A model generated the notes under the pieces. The model had not been told where the DNA came from. It did not search any database and saw nothing but the letters and a program-made list of their open reading frames with translations. A stretch of DNA of 64,000 bases from an uncultured Verrucomicrobiae bacterium. GTDB taxonomy: Bacteria; Verrucomicrobiota; Verrucomicrobiia; Chthoniobacterales; JAFAMB01. The stretch is from the NCBI GenBank assembly GCA_963782115.1, contig CAWAIK010000003.1:96001-160000 (forward strand), given 5' to 3'. Position 1 is the stretch's first letter; each line of letters opens with the position of its first letter. Position numbers and translations under genes: made by a program. Below, piece after piece: positions 58,032 to 64,000 of the stretch.

Positions 58032-59180
58032 TTATTGGGCTTGAGCGCGACCGCCAGGCGGCTTCGGCCCAAGGTTAATACCGCAGGAATCACGAACAAC
58101 CAGATTACAGTCTAGCAGGATGTCTCGAATGGGCATATCGGGAGCGGCTACACGTTCAAGCATTGCGGCGACAGCAGCCACCCCAATCTCCTTGCACGGT
58201 TGGTGAACAGTCGTCAGTGGCACGGGCAGGAGACTTGCGTACTCGACATCGTCAATCCCGACAATTCGGACATCCTCCGGAATCCGACAATTCATCTGGA
58301 TCAGTCCCTGCATCAAGTGGCCGGCAGTGCGGTCGTTCGCGCAAACAATCGCTTCCGGCTTTAGCTTTTCCATGACCATTCGGACTTCGCTAACCTGATC
58401 ACTATCGAGGTTCCGAACCAAGTCGCGCGAAACCGAGATGTCCGCGGTGAACAACGCATCTCGATAACCCCCGATCCTCGCTGTCACGGTGGATGCGGAA
58501 TTGGCATAGGCAACAAAGGCAATACGCCGGCAGCCCAACGTGAGAAGGTGTTCCGTGGCGATGTACCCAGCCCGCCGGTGATCGATTCCAATCAAGTCGT
58601 GCCTGCTGCGCCTTGGGTACGGCAAAACGCAGCGATCCAGTAGCACGACCGGAATGCCGGCTCGTTCGAGAGCCGAAATGACCAGATGGTTGGTTTGCTC
58701 ACTCGCGGCAGTCCGCTCTAATGGCGCAAAGAATACTCCAGCGACCTTTTTTGCGATGTATTGTTGGCAAAGTTGCCAGGTCTGCTCGTCCTTTATTTCT
58801 GGACCGGGAGCAATATTGCCCCAGAGAAGCGCATTTTTGCGCGCCTGCGGCGCCTGTGACATTCCCTGGCAAATGGGTCCGAAAATCTCGGTATCCTCCA
58901 GGTTCGGAATCAGCAAACCGAACAATAACCCCTCGTCCCCGGAAGCAGCGGGCACCACATAGCTTCCCGATCCCGCCCGGCTTTGAATCAGCCCCGCCTG
59001 GCGCAATTCGCGAAGCGACCGACCTACTGTGATCCTCGATGCCCCGAACCGTTTTACCAGAGCCGCTTCACTCGGCAACTTCTGACCCGGTTGGTATCGA
59101 CCGGAAAGAATTTCGTTCTTAATGGCTTCGACGATCTGCTGATACTTGGGAAGTTGTACAGTGGCTTTTGAAAAGGGCAT
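58032..59180 (-). CDS. GntR-HTH/LacI-ligand-domain regulator (AraR-like)
   Basis: KLPSEAALVKRFGASRITV, IVCANDRTA and IPEDVRIVGIDD. Confidence 0.9.
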   Translation of the reverse strand: MPFSKATVQLPKYQQIVEAIKNEILSGRYQPGQKLPSEAALVKRFGASRITVGRSLRELRQAGLIQSRAGSGSYVVPAASGDEGLLFGLLIPNLEDTEIFGPICQGMSQAPQARKNALLWGNIAPGPEIKDEQTWQLCQQYIAKKVAGVFFAPLERTAASEQTNHLVISALERAGIPVVLLDRCVLPYPRRSRHDLIGIDHRRAGYIATEHLLTLGCRRIAFVAYANSASTVTARIGGYRDALFTADISVSRDLVRNLDSDQVSEVRMVMEKLKPEAIVCANDRTAGHLMQGLIQMNCRIPEDVRIVGIDDVEYASLLPVPLTTVHQPCKEIGVAAVAAMLERVAAPDMPIRDILLDCNLVVRDSCGINLGPKPPGGRAQAQ

Positions 59181-59437
59181 ATAGAACCTGATATAATATG
59201 TTAATTGCCTTAAGATTAGGACCTTATACAAGTATTATCACGTCCCTTTTTCGACATGTCTTAAAATCCCTGGGGCTTGCTTTATTATTTGAGAAAAAGT
59301 GGAGGGTTTTCCGGGCGATGTACAGGCCCAATCCTGGGAATGCCTGGACGGTCTCCCGTGAAGGCATATGAATAAAATGGTGGCGACGGTTTCTACGAAT
59401 ATGACGGGATTGTAACTTTTAATTAGCCAGCGGCAGG

Positions 59438-59779
59438 ATGATGGTCGCTTCGCTGGAGAACTCTATGGATTACGAAAATGTCGATTCCCGTAGAACGGAT
59501 TTGCACCGAAGGATCGCCTTGGTTCTCAGGAAAGAACCAGGATTGATCCGCGACTTCGCTGAGCGACTGCGATCCAAAATGGCCACAGCAAGGTCCGCCT
59601 CTCCTGCCAACGACACTGAATGGGAGTGGTATATCATCCTTACTTTGTGGTCTCCTCTGCAAGTGATCAGACTACTCGAAGACTCTAGTGAACGAGCGGT
59701 TCGACTTCGCGAGAATTCTCCATTTATCTCTTTGTTATCGACACCCAGGCACCGTGGAACAGCGCCAGAGTACGATTAA
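59438..59779 (+). CDS. Hypothetical protein, possibly antitoxin-like
   Basis: LHRRIA...EW..IL...ERAVRLRENSPF pattern. Confidence 0.5.
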   Translation: MMVASLENSMDYENVDSRRTDLHRRIALVLRKEPGLIRDFAERLRSKMATARSASPANDTEWEWYIILTLWSPLQVIRLLEDSSERAVRLRENSPFISLLSTPRHRGTAPEYD

Positions 59780-60007
59780 GTCTAGCTCTAGCCTGGGAAA
59801 ACTGCGTCCGGCTCGTGAGCCTGATCTTCTGCTCCCCTCCCGGACCAGTTCACGAGCCGACGCTGCCAATGCGCACGGCCACTTCGGCGCTCGCCCGCTA
59901 CAAATCCGGCCCAGCGCCAAGATGGTGAAAAAGCCCTGCAAGTGCGCTCGTCAACTCGGGTGCGTATAACCTGAGCAACGACGGGCGCACCGGTGCACCG
60001 TGAAGAC

Positions 60008-60253
60008 TTAGCCGACGAGTCGCACAAGAAAGACGACGACAATCGCACCTACGATTGACATCAGAAATCCGGCAGGATGAAATTTGGAACCCTCCGGCGG
60101 ACGGGAGAACAGTCGCGCAATTAGCCCCCCGACGACCGAACCCACGATGCCCAGCAACGTGGTTAAGACGAAGCCCAGATGAGTGTGCATGATCGCACTC
60201 GCCAGCAACCCCACAATAAACCCGACGATAATAGACCAAACGATATGTAGCAT
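60008..60253 (-). CDS. GlsB/YeaQ/YmgE family membrane protein
   Basis: IIVGFIVGLLA, LGIVGSVVGG and SIVGAIVV. Confidence 0.88.
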   Translation of the reverse strand: MLHIVWSIIVGFIVGLLASAIMHTHLGFVLTTLLGIVGSVVGGLIARLFSRPPEGSKFHPAGFLMSIVGAIVVVFLVRLVG

Positions 60254-60452
60254 ACGAATAGTGGTGAGACCCCTAAGTTCGCACCGAACACCAAACGCGG
60301 TCTTTACCATCCGTAACAAAAGACAGATGCCGGCCAAAAGCTCAAACCCTTCGTTGAACGACCCTTCCCCCCACTTCAGCTTCTCTTTGACCAGCCAAAT
60401 CAACGAGAAAGTTTAGCTTTTAGTTTGGGTGGGAACGACGGAGAGGTAATTC

Positions 60453-61602
60453 ATGCAAGTGGAACTGAATTACGGCCGCCGCAAGCTGCCCTTGGCACTG
60501 CCGAACGATCTCCACGTCACCATGGTGCGCAAGCCACCGATGCCAGTGTTACCCGATCCGCTGGCGGCCGTTAGAAGAGCCCTCCAGGAACCCGTCGGCA
60601 CTGCCTCTCTCGACCAGTTGGCAAAAGCCGCCCGCAGCGCAACCATCGCCATCTGCGACATCACGCGCCCGGTTCCGAACCACTTGTTCCTGCGTCCGCT
60701 CATCGAAATTTTGATCCAGGCCGGGATCCGGGCTACGGCCATTCGCATCCTCGTGGCGACCGGCTTGCACCGGCCCAACCTGGGAGCCGAATTGGATGAA
60801 CTGATCGGGGACGCCTGGGTGCTGCGCACCGTACCGGTCGAAAACCATTACGCCACCAGGGATGAGGACCACGTCCTGCTGTGCACCACCCCAACCCGCG
60901 GGACAGTTGTCCGGCTCGATAAGCGTTTCATCGAGGCCGACCTGAAGATTGTCACGGGTCTGGTTGAACCCCATTTTATGGCCGGAGATTGTGCGCATGC
61001 TTGGGGGCGTGCTGGCCCTTAACACCGTCCTCGATGAGGCTCGCAATCTCTCATTCATCAACTTCGGTGAGATTGTTGCCGGCCATGCGGAGGCGGTCGC
61101 TTTCGTGCGCAACTACGCCGAGGTTTCCGTTAAACAGCGATTCAAGACCGTCGTAATCAGCGCGGCAGGCTACCCTTTGGACCGCACCTACTACCAAACC
61201 GTGAAGGGTATGGTAGGTCCGATCAACATTCTTGAACCGGGCGGCCGCCTGATCGTTGCTTCCGAGTGTTCGGAGGGTCTTGGCTCCGCAGCTTTCGTGG
61301 AGGCCCAACGCCGCCTGATTAATCTCGGATCCGCAGAATTTTTGCGCCGTATTCTGCTCAAATCGCACGCGGACATCGATGAATGGCAGACCCAGATGCA
61401 ACTTAAGCCGATGGCGGTCGGTACACTCCAATTGTTCAGCACCGGCCTGAGTCCGGCACAGCACGCCCTCACCGGCGTCGTCTCCATCGACTCAGTACGC
61501 TCCGCGGTGTGCGAGAGCGTCGCAGTGAGTGGCGATCCTGCCGTTGCCGTGATTCCTGAAGGGCCATACGTCATTCCCTTTTGCAGCGGAGAACCTAGGT
61601 AA
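60453..61602 (+). pseudogene. larA: Nickel-dependent lactate racemase family protein with an internal deletion
   Basis: DITRPVP, ATGLHR and EPHFMAG, then an out-of-frame jump near 60985 to GYPLD..YYQTVKG. Confidence 0.87.
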
Positions 61603-62001
61603 CGCACTCGCGATGTTCCCTTTGATCACCTCGCGATGCGTGAGAGTACCAGCACATTCCGAAAAACTCACCAATTACGGAAATAATGAATATTACTGGC
61701 AATTCTGTGATTAAGGTGGATGTTCGTGAGTTTGAGATTTTCTCATTTCCATGCCATTCCGCGAGGACTTTGCCCGGCTTATCCTGGTCGGGTTTATCTA
61801 GAACCGCGCACATTCGCAAATAGAAGGACGAGCCACTTTCTGAGCGGTCTCCCCTTCGGCTGGGAGCCGATGCTGTTTGGGGCGTTGGTCGTCAGTCTCG
61901 ACTCGCCGCGGACTGGAACCCAGGGGCCTAGCTGCTCCCCGGGGCGATCTTGCTGTCCTCAGTGCGGCAATGAGCAGTTACGATCTTAAGCGGAGTACTC
62001 A

Positions 62002-63715
62002 ATGGCAAGCACGAAAAACTGGACGATCGGAAAGCGACTGACCCTCGGATTTGCCGGGGTCATCCTGATAACGCTTTGCGTGAGCATTTACGCATTTACG
62101 AGGTTGGAGGCGATCCAAAGTCAGGCCACAGCGTTGGCAAATGATAGTCTTCCCGGTGTCGTTTTGATGGGACAGATCGCGGCTCTTGGCGAACGTGAGG
62201 TTGCGTTGGTCCTACAACACATTAAGGCTAACGATGATCAAGAGGTGCAGAAGTTGGACCTGGAGCTGCGAGAAAACCGCGAAAAGTTAAACGCCCTCTT
62301 CAAAGCCTATGATGCTACTGTCTTTGGCACGGAAGAAGCCGAGCGTTTTCAGAGACTGAACACTACCTATTTGGCCTACGCTACTCCCCTTGAGGATGTT
62401 CTGAAGCTGAGCCGAGCACAGAAAGACAAGGAAGCTTATGACCTCTATGATCAACAGCTCACCACTTGAGGAAGTTCTAAAGCTGAGCCGCGCACAGAAA
62501 GACAAAGAAGCCTACGACGTGTACGATCAACGGCTCCAACCGGTGTTCAGGAAGTTTTTGGAAGGTGTCAATGATGCCGTCTCTTACAGCAAAAAAGCTG
62601 CCGAAAGCTCTGTCAGGAAATTGAACTCTGCGGCGGCGGAGTCAAAAGTCGTTCTTATCGTCGGAATAATCCTCAGTCTCATTCTTGGGGTGCTGATCTG
62701 CTTTTCCGTCGTGCGAGCGATTAAGCAACCGCTGGCCAAAATGATCGATTTAATGTCCGATATCAGGGTGGGAAATTTTACACGTCGACTAGCGTTACGA
62801 CGCAAGGATGAATTTGGTGTGCTAGCGGATGGGTTCGATCGAATGAGCGACGAACTGACTAATCTGGTCGGCCGAGTTCAGCGCTCAGCTTTGCAAGTCG
62901 CGTCCTCGGTTACCGAAATTGCCGCCACTGCCAAAGAACATCAAGCCACCAGTGCAGAGACCGCGTCTGCCACCAGCGAGATTGGCGCAACTTCAAAGGA
63001 GATCGCGGCTATCTCCAAGGCGTTGCTCAAGACCATCAATGAAGTGACTGAAGTTGCGGAACAAACGGCTAATCTGGCAGGCACAGGTCAAAAGGGATTG
63101 GTTCGCATGGAAGCCACCATGCGGCAGGTGATGGAGGCGGGAGGGGCAGTAAACAATAAGCTCGGGGTCTTAAATGAGAAAGCAAGTAACATCAATCAAG
63201 TCGTAACAACCATCACCAAAGTCGCAGACCAAACGAATCTGCTCTCGCTCAATGCGGCCATCGAAGCGGAAAAAGCCGGCGAGCATGGCCGAGGATTCGC
63301 TGTTGTCGCTATTGAGATTCGGCGTCTTGCGGACCAAACTGCGATAGCCAGTTACGACATCGAACAGCTTGTTAAGGAGATGCAGTCGGCGGTTTCTGCC
63401 GGTGTAATGGGTATGGACAAATTCTCCGAAGAGGTACGTCGAGGGGTGCACGAAGTCGAACAGGTCAGCGAACAATTGGCGCAAATCATCGGACAAGTAC
63501 AGGCATTAACCCCGCAATTCGAAACCGTGAATGAAGGGATGCAATCGCAGTCTACCGGTGCACAACAGATTAGCGAAGCGCTGGCGCAATTGACTGAATC
63601 AGCGCAGCAAACCGTCGACTCGCTGCATCAATCAAGCATTGTGATGGATCAATTGAATTCGACCGCGAACGATCTGCGCGTAAGCGTCTCCAGGTTCGAG
63701 TTGAACGGAGCTTGA
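62002..63715 (+). pseudogene. Methyl-accepting chemotaxis protein (WspA-like), frameshifted by an internal duplication
   Basis: TM-4HB-TM-HAMP layout and [27 protein letters not shown]. Confidence 0.88.
62389..62536 (+). repeat. Diverged 72-bp tandem duplication (76-bp period)
   Basis: [24 protein letters not shown] versus [24 protein letters not shown]. Confidence 0.9.
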
Positions 63716-63739
63716 CCGCATAAGGCTTTTTCTTGTTGC

Positions 63740-64000
63740 ATGCTTTTTATCTTATTCCAAATCCGACGGGACCGTTACGCGTTGTCCGCCCGCAGCATCA
63801 TTGAGGTCCTTCCGCTGATGAACTTGAAAAGGGTTCCCTGCGCGCCGGTCGGGGTGGCTGGAGTATTAAACTATCGCGGTGCCCCGGTGCCGGTAATCGA
63901 TCTAAACGAAATGATGCTTGGGGAACCCGCAGCGCGGCGCCTGAGCACGCGCATCATTTTGGTAACGTACCCTCTCGACGTTAAGCAACCGCGTGCGCTC
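63740..64000 (+). CDS. cheW: CheW-like protein (partial, runs off the window)
   Basis: MLFILFQI..DRYAL...IIEVLP and VAGVLNYRGAPVPVIDL. Confidence 0.88.
   Translation, partial: MLFILFQIRRDRYALSARSIIEVLPLMNLKRVPCAPVGVAGVLNYRGAPVPVIDLNEMMLGEPAARRLSTRIILVTYPLDVKQPRAL

Noticed and set aside
1..64000. CRISPR array or integron attC array
   Set aside because: No regularly spaced repeat-spacer series was seen. The recurring boxes are dispersed and promoter-located.

Overview
Bacterial accessory region, moderately GC-rich. It is a mosaic of intact genes and many gene remnants joined at sharp deletion junctions. Its core is a module present as two diverged, differently deleted copies (about 6.2-15.5 kb and 16.2-35.2 kb): Ser/Thr-kinase/AAA/GAF/PAS histidine kinase, two NarL-type regulators, LysR regulator, small ORF, a phosphoketolase/aldolase/glycogen/acetate-kinase cluster, PPK2, an uncharacterised 115-aa protein and an IS66 remnant. 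A paired TGAA-N5-YTCA box (LysR-type T-N11-A, 21-22 bp period) recurs seven times upstream of these units, of ackA-glpD and of an MdtP/N/O-type efflux operon, suggesting a LysR regulon. Also present: an ORF-less group II intron (3301-4050, minus) in hairpin-rich DNA beside a truncated mobile-element protein, a 3' tRNA-Lys fragment (likely att site) next to a MobF relaxase remnant, MscS channels, GH130, a GntR/LacI regulator, a deleted larA and the start of a chemosensory operon. All assignments come from reading motifs by eye. No database searches were run, and remnant boundaries are approximate.
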